Position numbers and translations under genes: made by a program. From Octopus sinensis (taxonomy: Eukaryota), in NCBI RefSeq assembly GCF_006345805.1, contig NC_043004.1:41478001-41542000 (forward strand): a stretch of DNA of 64,000 nt. Direction: 5' to 3'. Below, in pieces: positions 37,808-52,300 of this stretch. Below the pieces are notes generated by a model that ran no database searches, was not told where the DNA came from, and saw nothing but the letters and a program-made list of their open reading frames with translations. The first letter of the stretch is position 1, and each line of letters begins with the position of its first letter.

Positions 37808-39290
37808 TGTAATTTGATTGTGATCTTGTCGCTAGGGGTCACTCTTCCAATTTTTCAAATTACGCACTCTCTTTATTTCTAACAAAACAAGCCTCTGTTT
37901 TATTTTAGAAATAAGAGTAACCCCCTAGCGACAAGATCACAAGCCCTGTGTTTTTTTAGAAATAAGAGTGACCCCTAGCGAGAAGGTCACGATCAAATTG
38001 AAATTTGGATTGTACATTTCGTGGGCAAGTCTTGGAATTTTAATACTTTTGATATGTCTTCGATATGTCTTCACCGAGAGTGCAATTATTTCATAAACTA
38101 CAAGGAGATTGTTTTCATCAGTTTTTTGAAAGAAAACAGTCTATTTGCCGTCGACAAATGATGTAACAGCCATTTATATATATCTATACTTAATTTATAT
38201 ATATATATACGTACTTACATTCATGCTCAAAAACGCGCGCGCATAGACGCACACACAAACACACTCAATCACCCCCCACACACACAAACACTCACACACG
38301 CGCACACACACACACACGCACGCACACACACACACACACTCACACACACGCACACACAAACACACACACGCGCGCACACACACAGACACACACACACAAC
38401 ACACTCACAACACACACACATACGCTTCACTGTAGGTTGTTCTTTATTTATTTAATCGATAATTTAACATAATATACGTATAACAATTAAAATTTTAAAG
38501 TAGCAAGTTATACAAAGTATTTAGATAAAAAAAAAAAAAAATGAACGAAAAAATAATTGTGCCGACAGCTCAGAAAGGTGGCATAATTCGTTGCTGTTTA
38601 TGTAATCCAGAATACTTCTCATAGAATGCTCTACCAAGCTGATCTTGGACTAAACAACGGCGATATCAACAACGCATTTATGAAACGCAAAATGTCTTTC
38701 AATAGTCAGCCGATGTCATAAGTGATGAAAAGTAGTATCTGGACTCTACCATTTTCGGTAGTTACTTTCTACGAGGTCAACACATTTTTGGGACATTCCC
38801 CTTTGATTGCTTATGAAGAAGTAAATTGTATCCCAAGGGAAACTACTCTATCTGCAGCGATAATCGGTGCCTTGTGTTATCTGCCTTGAATACTTTCAAT
38901 ATATATATTTCTTTACTACCCGCAAGGGGCTAAAAAAAACATAGAGGCGACAAACAAGGACAGAAAAAGGGATTAAGTCGATTACATCGACCCAGTGCGA
39001 AACTGGTACTTTATTTATCGACCCTGAGAGGATGAAAGGCAAATTTTCTACGAATATGTGCCAGAGAACTGACCACTGTTGTTGCCACAATCAACAGCCC
39101 TTTACTACGGCTACTGCTGCTGTCACAGCCACAGCTTAGCTGATATAACCCCAACCACCACCAAGGTTACCAAAATTACGACCAACAGACGACGACCAAG
39201 AATCACTACTGTTGCTTCAACACAAAAGCGGTTCCTTTTGATACCAGCAAGAAATCTATAATGAACTTGGTGGAATTTAGTTTTACAAAA

Positions 39291-39500
39291 GCGGCGACCT
39301 GGCAGAATCGTTAGCACGCCAGGTTAAAACGCTTAGCGGCCTTTCGTCCGTCTTTACGATCTCAGTTCAAATTCCACCGTGGTCGACTTTGCCTTTCATC
39401 TCTTCGGGGTCGATAAAACAAGAACCGGTCGACGCTGGGGTCGATGTAATCGACTTATCCCCTCTCTCGAAATTGTTGGCCTCATACCAAATTTGAAATC
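39291..39500 (+). mobile_element. Family B SINE (other degraded copies at ~1205-1370, 5990-6160, 36620-36795, 38900-39050, 40825-41222)
   Basis: GCGGCGACCTGGCAGAATCGTTAGCAC head and conserved core. Confidence 0.8.
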
Positions 39501-39647
39501 AGTTTATAGTTTTACTTTTCTATAAGTAAAAGCTATAGAAATTATTCATGTTTTGTAAAAATGATTAAAAGTTGATACGATATGCGTTAAGAAGAAATAC
39601 GTTTTATGATTTCTAATGTGACCCATCTAATGATGGAATTTATATAC

Positions 39648-39953
39648 TCTTTTACTTGTTTCAGTTATTTGACTGTGGTCATGCTGGAGCATCGCGCTTT
39701 AGTCGAGCAAATCGACCCCAGGACTTATTCTTTGTACGCCTAGTACTTATTCTATCGGTCTCTTTTGCCAAACTGCTAAGTTACGGGGACGTAAACACAC
39801 CAGCATCGGTTGTCAAGCGATGTTGGGAGGACAAACACAGACACACAAACATATACAAACATACATACATACATACATGCATGCATGCATGCATGCATAC
39901 ATACATACATACATGCATACATACATGCATACATACATACACACATACATACG

Positions 39954-39985
<32 letters not shown>

Positions 39986-40189
39986 TATTATATAATATAT
40001 ATATATATATAATATATATACATATATACACGGGCTTCTTTCAGTTTCCGTCCACCAAATCCACTCACAAGGCTTTGTCGGCTCGAGGCTATAGTAGAAG
40101 ACACTTGCCCAAGGTGCCACGCATGTGGACTGACCCAGAACCATGTGGTTCGTAAGCAAGCTACTTACCACAGAGCCACTCCTACGCCT
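39648..40189 (-). mobile_element. Family A SINE with expanded (CATA)n interior
   Basis: Head and tail match other copies. Confidence 0.88.
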
Positions 40190-40342
40190 ATATAATAATT
40201 TCTTTTATTTGCATCAGAGGCATGGATGAGAGGGACATCACAAGGTTAGTCTAAAATTTGTGTAGGGGTTTATATTAATGATGAAAGGGAAGAAACAGTG
40301 AAATGAGATAGAACCATACATAGTATACAAAGTATGTGAATG

Positions 40343-40634
40343 TTCTTTCCTTCTCGAGCCATGCCTGGCTCATAAGGGCCGGTTTCCTGGTTTCTTGGCG
40401 TATAGGTTCCCCACCTGGACGGGACGCCGGTCCATCGTAGGTGAGCTGCAAGATGCAGGAGGAAAGAGTGAGAGAATGTTGTGGCGAAAGAGTCAGCAGA
40501 AGTATCGCCATTACTTTCTGCTGGAGCCGCATGGAGCTTAGGTGTTTTCGCTCAGAAACACACACACATCGCCCGATCTGAGATTCGAACCCGCGATCCC
40601 TCGACCGCGAGTCCGCTGCTCTAACCACTAGGCC
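40343..40634 (-). mobile_element. Family C/D SINE, tail type 1
   Basis: 12-bp TSD AGTATGTGAATG at 40331-40342 and 40635-40646. Confidence 0.9.
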
Positions 40635-41227
40635 AGTATGTGAATGATGTCCTCCTGATACAGAAACTCCAATCAGGGCTAATCAGGGAACCTCCTAGAT
40701 CCAGGATTACCCTGCCCACCAAAGGCATGATCACTCCTCCAACTGTTGTTCTCCATTCTACAGGCGCATGCTTAATGCAAATCCATTCATCCTAATCATC
40801 TTTGTCACAGTCACCAATATAAAAACGGTTTCAAATTTTGACACAAGGCCAGTAAGTTCGGAGTTGCGGCTAAGTCAAATAAAATCGATCCCAGTGATCG
40901 ATTGGTATTTATTTTATCGACCCCAAAAGGATGAAAGGTAAAGTCAACCTCGACGATATCTGAATTCAGGTCTTGGTAACGGACAAAATGCCTCTAAACA
41001 TATAATTTTTTCTACTATAGGTACAAAGTTTGCAATTTTGTGGTGATTTGGTGGATGGGTGAGTAGATTACAACCACCCCAGCGCTCAGCTGGTACTTAT
41101 CTTATCGACCCCGAAAGGGTGAAAGGCAAAGTCGACCGTAGCGGAATTTGAATTCAGAACGTAAAAGCGGCCGAAATGCCGCTAAGTATTCTGCTCGGCG
41201 TGCAAACGATTCTGCCAGCTCACCAAG

Positions 41228-41512
41228 AAGAGAAGAAGAAGAAGAAGAAGAAGAAGAAGAAGAAGAAGAGAAGAAGAAAGAAGGAGAAGGAGAAGGAAGA
41301 AGAAGAGAAAAAGAAGAAAAGAAGAAGAAGAAAAGAAGAAGAGAAAAAGAAGAAGAAGAAGAAGAAGAAGAAAAGAAGAAGAAGAGAGAAGAGAAGAAGA
41401 AGAAAGAAGAAGAAGAAGAAGAAGAGAAGAAAAGAATAAGAAAAGAAAAGAAGAAGAAGAAGAAAAGAAGAAGAAGAAGAACAAACAACAACAACAACAA
41501 CAACAACAACAA
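41228..41512. repeat. (GAA)n then (AAC)n compound microsatellite
   Basis: Direct inspection; source of spurious poly-E/K ORFs. Confidence 0.95.
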
Positions 41513-41974
41513 TAAAACCACCAGCTATTTTGACTCCGAAAGAATGAAAGGAAAAGTCGATCCTGGTAGAATGTGAAGACATCGTCATCTTTGTTATGAG
41601 CCCCAGCATCTTGACTTTTCAAGTGTCTTTTGTGTTGTTGGTCTTCTTTTCCCACTATATTTGATATTCCTCTAAAGAAAGGAGCTTCTAGGTAGTGTTA
41701 GTCCTGCATGAAATGGCCGTATCCCCACCTTCTCGACTCACACCTTATACTTCATAAAAGAAAGGGTAGAGATAATACAGTCCTACAAACTGTTCGAAGG
41801 AAAAAAAAGATGGAATTGTTACATCTGGAATGACAGCGATCAGGTCTAACTTGAACAAGAACATGCCTACGCTCCTCGACAGGAAGGAATAAGAGGAAAT
41901 AAGTAGAGAGAGAATGAAAAAAAAAACCAAACAAAAATGTTGAGTTCAGTGGTCCAATATAACGAATATATGTA

Positions 41975-42727
<753 letters not shown>

Positions 42728-43929
42728 CATGGCAACAATCTAATTACTGAAATTATTCAATGAAAAAAAAAAAAAGATATAATTTACAGTGTGGTGTTAT
42801 AATCGCAATGAATCAATATGGCCCTGCTGTTTGGATACACACTTACTGGAAATGCAGATTGGATACTAAATCTGTTTTAGCGACAGTACTTTTTGGCACT
42901 GGGGGTGAACATACACGCACGCACCCCCTCTTCTTTGGCTCCCCCCTTTTCAACCTTCTACTCTTTTCTCCCTGTTTTCGCCCCTATTTTCCATAGCTTC
43001 TTTTCTTTCCTCACAACTATCCACTTTTTTCTTCTGCGAATCCTCTCCATCTTTTCTCTTCCCAGTCTTCTCCTACTTATATCTACCCCTCTCTTCCCTC
43101 GAATTATTATCTCATTCTCTACCCTACCCCAGTTCTACTCCTTTGTTTCCTTCTCACCTCCACGCCTCATCTTTTCCTCTCTTCCTTTTCCTTTCTTTTG
43201 CTAGCCCTTATGACACCAACCCCCTATTTTCTTCCTCCTCTAGCCTTCCCCTCCTCTCTTCCCCTCACGTCTTTAATTTCGACGCTCTTAAGCACTCTCC
43301 TCTCTATTTATCCATATTTCCCTATTTCTCTCTGTTCAGCTCTCTCCTTGTTTCCTTCTCCCTCTCTCACTTCCTTGTATTCCGTACTCTCTCTCATCCT
43401 CTCCACCTAGGCAACTGGACCTCTCACACAACTCCAACTTCCACATGTTTTTTTCCATCACTTTCCCTGTGTAACCATCTGCAACATATGGCACGCGGAA
43501 AATTCAGTTGAGTGAACCTTGTGGAGCGATTTGAAAAACTAATATTTGGCAAATTACTTTTAACATTTGACTTGGATTTACAAACTGAAAAAAAAAAAAA
43601 AAAAAAAAAAAAAGAATAAAACGGTCCTCCCGTCCTCGTCTTTGGTGGTGAGAAAGAAAGCCAACAGAACAAACAGTCTGATGAATGGACATTCATGCCA
43701 GATATAAATTGGCACTCGTGATTTCTAGTGGAAAGTAGGGAGCTTTTTTTCTCTCTTTTTCTACCTTTTCTAGCCTAAACAAATCAATAAAGATGGTGGT
43801 CCGTCGCGCTGGCGGACTGGAAGGCAAGGAAGTTACACGCACGCACGCACGCATACACATATTCACACTCAAACACATTCATACACACTCATACACTCAC
43901 ACATTTTATTCACAGATACATTGGTTCAT

Positions 43930-44313
43930 GGGGAAGCACTCCGTCGGTTACGACGACGAGGGTTCCGGTTGATCCGAATCAACGGAACAGCCTGCTCGTG
44001 AAATTAACGTGTAAGTGGCTGAGCACTCCACAGACGCGTGTACTCTTAACGTAGTTCTCGGGGATATTCAGCGTGATACAGAGAGTGACAAAGCCGGCCC
44101 TTTGAAATACAGGTACAACAGAAACAGGAAGTAAGAGTGAGAGAAAGTTGTGGTGAAAGAATACAGCAGGGATCACCACCATCCCTGCCGGAGCTTCGTG
44201 GAGCTTTAGGTGTTTTCGCTCAATAAACACTCACAACGCCCGGTCTGGGAATCGAAACCGCGATCCTACGACCGCGAGTCCGCTGCCCTAACCACTGGGC
44301 CATTGCGCCTCCT
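43930..44313 (-). mobile_element. Family C/D SINE, tail type 2
   Basis: 13-bp TSD TACATTGGTTCAT at 43917-43929 and 44314-44326; + strand relatives at ~52430-52660 and 53020-53310. Confidence 0.9.
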
Positions 44314-44880
44314 TACATTGGTTCATACATACACATACACACGCCTAAGCATGTTTATATTCAAATATACGTACTCATACATTGAGCAAGTGTCTTCTAC
44401 TATAGCCTCGGGTCGACCAATGCCTTGTGAGTGAATTTGGTAACCGGAAACTGAAAGAAGCCTATTGTGTATATATACATACATGCACGCGTGCGCACGC
44501 ACATACATAAATTGATATGTGTGTGTGTGGTCCCTCACCACCGCTTGATCTCTGGTGATGTGTTTATATTTCCTGTAACTTAGCGGTTCGGTAAAAGAGG
44601 CCGAGGGTGGGGTTTTACCAATGCAGTACCAGGATTCAAAAATGAATACAGCGGTCGATTCGTTTGTCTAAAATACTTCAAGGCCGGGCCCTAGTATGGC
44701 CGCAGTCTAACGACACACAGACACACACAGACACACAGACACACACACACACACACAACACACACACACACACTCTTACGTGTTTGTATTTATTAAGAAA
44801 CGCACTTATGCACATAATAATCCACATACATACACACACACACGCACACACACACACACACACACACACGTATACTTTTA

Positions 44881-45120
44881 TTCTTTTATTCTTTTACTTG
44901 TTTCAGTCATTTGACTGCGGCCATGCTGGAGCACCGCCTTTAGTCGAGCAAATCGACCCCGGGACTTATTCTTTGCAAGCCTAGTACTTATTCTATCGGT
45001 CTATTTTGCCGAACCGCTAAGTGACAGGGACGTAAACACACCAGCATCGGTTGTCAAGCAATGCTAGGGGGACAAACACAGACACAAACATACACACACA
45101 CACACACACACACCACACAC

Positions 45121-45162
<42 letters not shown>

Positions 45163-45320
45163 CGACAGGCTTCTTTCAGTATCCGTCTACCAAATCCACT
45201 CACAAGGCTTTGGTCGGCCCGAGGCTATAGCAGAAGACACTGGCCCAAGATGCCGCGCAGTGGGACTGAACCCGGAACCATGTGGTTGGTAAGCAAGCTA
45301 CTTACCACACAGCCACTCCT
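44881..45320 (-). mobile_element. Family A SINE
   Basis: Full head and tail match to other copies. Confidence 0.9.
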
Positions 45321-45476
45321 GATATGCATAGATATTGTTTTGGACACGCGAACATACATATATTCAAATTAGGATACATGCTCATGCATATATGCATATG
45401 GGCACTTACGCACTCATGTTCATATTAAACGAAAGATGTTGAAGGACATATGTACGCGCTCGAACACACACACACA

Positions 45477-45528
<52 letters not shown>

Positions 45529-45974
45529 TATACAAACACATTCTCACCTCACTCATACAAAAACATATTAATATTCATATATGCAAATTCACACATAAAA
45601 ACGTATACAATTGCAAACATACAGATACAGACATAAACATATATATCCATACTTACACACTTACGCAGAAGGTGATAAAATAGTTACAAATACTGTACGG
45701 TATACACGATTTAGCATAGCGTATTTGAGTTGAATCGAAATGTCTTTTAAGAAAATATTCTTGTAGTAGGAACAATTTTCGTCTTTGAGATTTAATTATG
45801 CATTCTTTTTTATTAAGTTAACACATACGTGTTTCTCGTTCCGCATATGTATTAAAATCTTTGCTTAAATTGGCTATTTGAAAGGAAATTTGCATAATCC
45901 TGCATTTTGTGATTTCTCTCACACATTACATGTGCATACATGCATGCAAACATACATATATCCGCAAGCATGCA

Positions 45975-45975
<1 letters not shown>

Positions 45976-46059
<84 letters not shown>

Positions 46060-46192
46060 GTCTATCTGCCTGCCTGCCTGTCTGCTTGTCTGCCAGCTTG
46101 TCTGTCTGTCTGTCTGTCCCCGTATGCGTGTGTGCATATATCTATATAGTATATGCACATATATATACTATATAATATATATATATATTATC

Positions 46193-46226
<34 letters not shown>

Positions 46227-46391
46227 ACATGTTATAGATAGTATATATATATATACACATACACACACATATGTATGAATATATATGTATATGTAATGGT
46301 ATATATATAATGTATATGTATATATATATATATATAAAGATATAAAGATAGATACACATACATACATATATGTATATGTATATGTATATAT

Positions 46392-46424
<33 letters not shown>

Positions 46425-46466
46425 TATATATAGATATATATACATATTATATATATATATATATAC

Positions 46467-46516
<50 letters not shown>

Positions 46517-46718
46517 TAAAAAGTGTAAAATAATTAATTAAATTAATTAATTAATCAATCAATTAATTAATAATTTTATCAAGTAGATCGTACGTAAAAT
46601 AACCTTTATAGGTAGAATTATACAAATATTCCATAATTATAATAAAATATTATATTATATGGTGAAGCAAATAGCTGACCCCTAATTATAAATTATGTTA
46701 TAAATTATAGAATATTTG

Positions 46719-46788
<70 letters not shown>

Positions 46789-46883
46789 ATATGTATATGT
46801 AAATATATATATATATATTTATATATATATATATATATATAATATGAATAAATATCATATGTATTATATATATATAATATATA

Positions 46884-46926
<43 letters not shown>

Positions 46927-47537
46927 ATATATATAATATATATATATAATATATATATATATATAGATAAATAAACTGTAATGTAAATAAATATATATAT
47001 ATATGAATAAAGAATAATACACACACGCACACGTAAATATCGAACAATGAGTGCTCAATACTGCATTCGTGGATAAAAATTGATTATTTGTCATTTAAGT
47101 CTACCATGTTAATCTAAAATGAAGACGAACACCGATGTTCAATGTGGTAGGTTTGACAATTGTTAAAGGCGTTCTCTATATGAAGCCATTGATAGCCTTA
47201 ATCCACAAATAAGATATATAGCATACATACATACATACACATACATACATACATGCCTACATACATACATGCATGCATACATACATATATGCATACATAC
47301 GTACATACATAAATACATAAATACATATATGCATACATACATATATACATACATACATATATACATGCATGCATATATATATGCATGCATACGTACACAT
47401 ATACATACATACATGCATGCATACATACATATATACATGCATACATACATACATACATACATACATACATACATACTTGCACACGTACATACATAGATAC
47501 ATACATACATACATACATACATACATACATACATACA

Positions 47538-47571
<34 letters not shown>

Positions 47572-47582
47572 CATATATATAT
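45976..47582. repeat. Compound (TCTA)n/(TA)n/(CATA)n microsatellite region
   Basis: Direct inspection. Confidence 0.9.
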
Positions 47583-47993
47583 AATAGAATGTGCAAAACT
47601 TTCGCTGGACTCAAGAGTCATACAAAGGACTCACATTGCATCTACATTGACTCATTTCAATGTTTCTTTCTAGCAGTGGTTTTCCTGTTGGATGACTGTT
47701 GGCTCTGCTGAGCTATCTATCCTTTGACAGGTTTGTTGCTCGTCATGCAGGTTATCTGACGAAAACCAACCTCTTTTACCAAGCAGGCTTGGTAGATTGC
47801 CGTGTTGGTCATCGACGACCCGAACAAGTGACAGGCTGTACTGGATTATATTATTACCTCTATCACAATGAGTGACCTGACCCCCTCACACACACACTCA
47901 TGCATTTTCTATATTCCCTGTGTTACATCATTTCCTTGTAAGTCAACAGAGTACTGTTAGATAAAGGGTGAGAGTGTTTCAAGCAGCAAAGAG

Positions 47994-48414
47994 GGATCTT
48001 TTCGGTTTGAACGGCACTATTTTTCTAGCGGTGTCATATGAAATTGTCACCCATAATTATGACCCTAGAATCGATCTATTGCATTTCAATGTCTTTTAGG
48101 GTTAGGGTTAGGGTTAGGGGTGGGGGGAAGGGTATCTTTTTTTCTTTACAAATGTAAATAAACCCAATCTGTTTCTTAAGCGAGGGACATATTCATACGG
48201 CACAGAATGCTTTTTACCTCAATAGACGTATTTGATTGGTTGAAATCGCAAAAATTGCAGAAAAAGAACAACAAATATCTTACAAACTATAGAGGTTTCT
48301 CAATAAAGCCAAGAGAAAAAGATGTTTTATAAACACATTCTACCAGTATACGAAGTTTAAAATTTTTTAGTTACCTAGAAATTGTTAAAAACTGCCGTTC
48401 AAACCGAAAAGACC
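47994..48414. mobile_element. GGATC MITE
   Basis: TIRs (right end GAAAAGACC); no clear TSD. Confidence 0.9.
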
Positions 48415-48699
48415 TGGAAAGAAAGTCCTAACACCAACGTTAACGTCAGGATAGACAGATAGATAGACGAGCTTGTTTCCATCAATGACAGTATCAAATA
48501 CTATTAGAACAAATGTGTATTCCTATAAATAAAACATTTCTATAACAATGAAATGAGTAAGTGATCATAATGACATTTCATGAAGAATAGAAAAAAAAAC
48601 GTTAATAATAACAGTAACTAAATGATAGAAATCCCGACAACAATGAACTGTGTAACAGCAAGAAATAAACAATTAACAACAACAACAACAAGATCAACA

Positions 48700-48791
48700 A
48701 CAACAGTAACAACAGTAACTGTAATAATCATAATAATGATGATGATGATGATAATAATATAAATAAAAATAATGATTTCAATTTTTGGCAC

Positions 48792-48823
<32 letters not shown>

Positions 48824-48926
48824 TTAATAATAATAATAATAATAACAACAACAACAATAATAATAATAATAACAGCAACAACAACAATAATAAAATAAAA
48901 ATAATAATAATAGTAATAGTAATAGA

Positions 48927-48967
<41 letters not shown>

Positions 48968-49097
48968 CAATAACAACAACAACAATAACAACAACAATAA
49001 CAACAACAACAATAATAATAATAACAACAACAATAATAATAATAATAAAAATAGTAATAATAGTAATAGTAATAGTCATAATAATAATAATAATAAC

Positions 49098-49131
<34 letters not shown>

Positions 49132-49630
49132 TACCACAGATTTGCTTGTCAGTTGTTTGACCTTAACCAGTTGAGCATGTCCCTTAGTGGCTGACGATAT
49201 GTGCATCTCTGATCACGAGCAGAAGTAGTGGGGGAGCATCATAGCCATGTGTTGAGAGGGATTCTTTGGGGTTTGAATAATTCACCTCTGGAAACATGGG
49301 TGGTTTTTTCAACATCCTTAAACAACCCTTATTCAGGGACCGTTTGAGCGGGATGGGCTACTCAACCTGAAGAAAATTCTAACTGGGCCCCACCTGCAAG
49401 GTCATGTGCTGTTTATCTTGATATGTGATCACCATGTCGCGCACATTGTTTGTGATGCATGTGCCTGGTGTTCCCTATCAGACGGTAGTCATGATGGGTA
49501 TATGGGCTTCGTATATTTTACCCCAGTGTCACTTTGATGGCATGCACTGCTCTCTCACTCAATAATAATAATAATAATAATAATATAATAATAATAATGA
49601 TGATGATAATAATAATACTAATAATAATGA

Positions 49631-49680
<50 letters not shown>

Positions 49681-50170
49681 ACAACTAATAATAATAATAA
49701 TAATAATAATAGTAATAATAATAACAACAGTAACAACAACGGCAACAACAACAATAACAACAACTACTACAGCAACTTGATAATTTAATGAATATCAATC
49801 TCAAGACAGAAAGACAAAAAAAAGCAAACTCAGCTTTTTAATAAAATCATTGCAAATATTGTAATGGTAGGCTGGGGGTGGGTCATGAACGATTCTATAT
49901 TTTGAATGCAAGTCAAAAGATTTGTTGGCATCTTGCACAATAATTTGCTGACAATCACTCTGCTATGTAACTAAACAATCGCCACTGACATTCTTTTTTT
50001 CTTTTGTTAACCGACGTTCAAAATGCAGTATTGGTTCTCGTTTTGTTTATCATCATCATCATTCTTCTTCTTCTTCTTCTTCTTCTTCTCTTCTTCTTCT
50101 TTTCTTCTTCTTCTTCTTTCTTTTTCTTCTTCGTCTTCTTTTCCTCTTCTTATTTATTATTATTATTATT

Positions 50171-50204
<34 letters not shown>

Positions 50205-50252
50205 TATTATTATTATTATTATTATCATTGTCATTATTATTATATATTATTT

Positions 50253-50318
<66 letters not shown>

Positions 50319-50327
50319 TATTATTAA

Positions 50328-50363
<36 letters not shown>

Positions 50364-50482
50364 TAATATTATTGTTATTATTATTATTATTATTATCAAT
50401 ATTATTATCATTATCATTATTATTATTATTATCATTATTATTATTATTATCATCATTATCATTATTATTATTAATATTATTT

Positions 50483-50547
<65 letters not shown>

Positions 50548-50575
50548 GTTGTTGTTGTTGTTGTTGTTATTGTTT
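48700..50575. repeat. (AAT/AAC/TAC/TTC)n trinucleotide microsatellite field containing a ~430-bp complex insert at 49130-49560
   Basis: Direct inspection. Confidence 0.9.
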
Positions 50576-50846
50576 CCATTGTTCATCTTGTTCTTGCTAT
50601 CGTTCGTCTGATTAGTGCTGCTTTATTGATTAGACTTTCTTGAATTTTCATTGTAGAGAGATTTGCTGCGTTTGGGTGAAAATTGACTTATTTCGTGAAC
50701 TGCCAAAATAGATTTTTACGAAGCAATTAAAAATAGGAGGTAAGCAATTTCAGATAAGCAAACTGCTGTTAATTGCACGTGAGTGGAACAGTGAGTAGTT
50801 AAGAAGTAAGTTTGAAGAAAGAATGAAACGCTAAAACAAACATGCA

Positions 50847-50893
<47 letters not shown>

Positions 50894-51459
50894 ACACACA
50901 CATATATAATGATAATGACATACGTGTATGTCTATATGTGTGTGTACGTATGTGTATATGTATATATATATATGTATATATATATATTTATATATATATA
51001 TATATATGCATACACATACGTATATATATATATATACACACACACACATATATGTATATATATTCTTTTATTCTTTTACTTGTTTCTCTCCATGTTTATG
51101 TTTTTGTTTACTTTCTTCCTCTCTGTACACACTTGCACACGCACATACATACACACTCATGCATACAAACACATGCATTTATGTATGCAAATATATATAT
51201 ATATTACGGAGATGTACTCGCATAGCAAGTAATTTGATCTGAGATCGTGTGCTGAAACGAAAACAATTGCAGCGTGGAATGTGTTTGTAAGCCATTTAAG
51301 AAACACACAAAAGCCGTTCGATTCACTTCAACATTTAAGTTTAATTTGTCAAAATATTTTCGTCGCTAAAATCCGCGACCTGTTCACTGACAAAAATCCG
51401 TGCTGCATCTCTGTATATATATATATAGACATATTATTACCTATCACTCTATCTCTGTC

Positions 51460-51503
<44 letters not shown>

Positions 51504-51789
51504 CTCTCTATATATATATATATAATATATATATATATATATACATATATACTATATATATAGTAATATGTAAAAGATGCAAGGATCAAGGTGTAGGAAG
51601 CTAGGAAGCTTCGAGCAATCCGCAGAATGTATAAAAAAACAAGTTTCAGGAAGAAAAGTGGTTTATTGACTTAGAAGGTTGTAATTTTTCCCCATATTGT
51701 CCCTTTATGCTTGATGGTGGAATACATCGCCTCCTCGGACTTACTCTGTTTCGGATTTATCCCCTCCGATGTCCACCTGCATTTTGATT

Positions 51790-52300
51790 TCTTCAGCAAT
51801 ATACACAAACAGCATTCAGGTACGCCTATGGGATCCAGCCTCTCAGGCCTTCTTGCTATTACCTACCTAGACCAACTGGAGCGCAGAGCACTCAGTACCT
51901 GTCACATTGCGCCTTGTTAATCAGGTATGTGGGTGACATCCTCATGAGAATTCTTCCGCAATACTGGAAACTTTCAATGACACGAACCAGCACATCGATT
52001 TCATCGTCAAACACCCGAACAACGATAGTTTCCTCTTCTGGCTTGACTTCCGTTTAAGCATCATGGATGGGGAAAGAATCGACACGATGTTCTACCCGAA
52101 AAGCATCTTGCAGAGACCTCTTCGTCCATTACAATTTGGTCAACTCCATCAGGACTCAGAGTGGCTACATACATAATGAGATCGCCCGTATACGCAACAG
52201 ATGCAGTGACTGCACCATCTGGGATACACAGGTCATACGGTTCCTCAAGATACTTGGAATCAACGGATACTCAGCGTTCGTTACAAACACGCTACACGGA
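51790..52300 (+). mobile_element. Penelope-like RT fragment, decayed
   Basis: QHSGTPMGSSLSGLLAITYLDQLE followed by RYVGD (YVDD-like). Confidence 0.75.

Noticed and set aside
38610-38721. Short + strand open frame after a CAG (NTSHRMLYQADLGLNNGD...)
   Set aside because: Weak polypyrimidine tract, no homology, no partner exon.
41102-41655. Overlapping poly-E/K/R/L/S ORFs
   Set aside because: Translations of (GAA)n/(AAC)n microsatellite.
48618-50611. Poly-N/I/L/Y ORFs
   Set aside because: Trinucleotide microsatellite artefacts.
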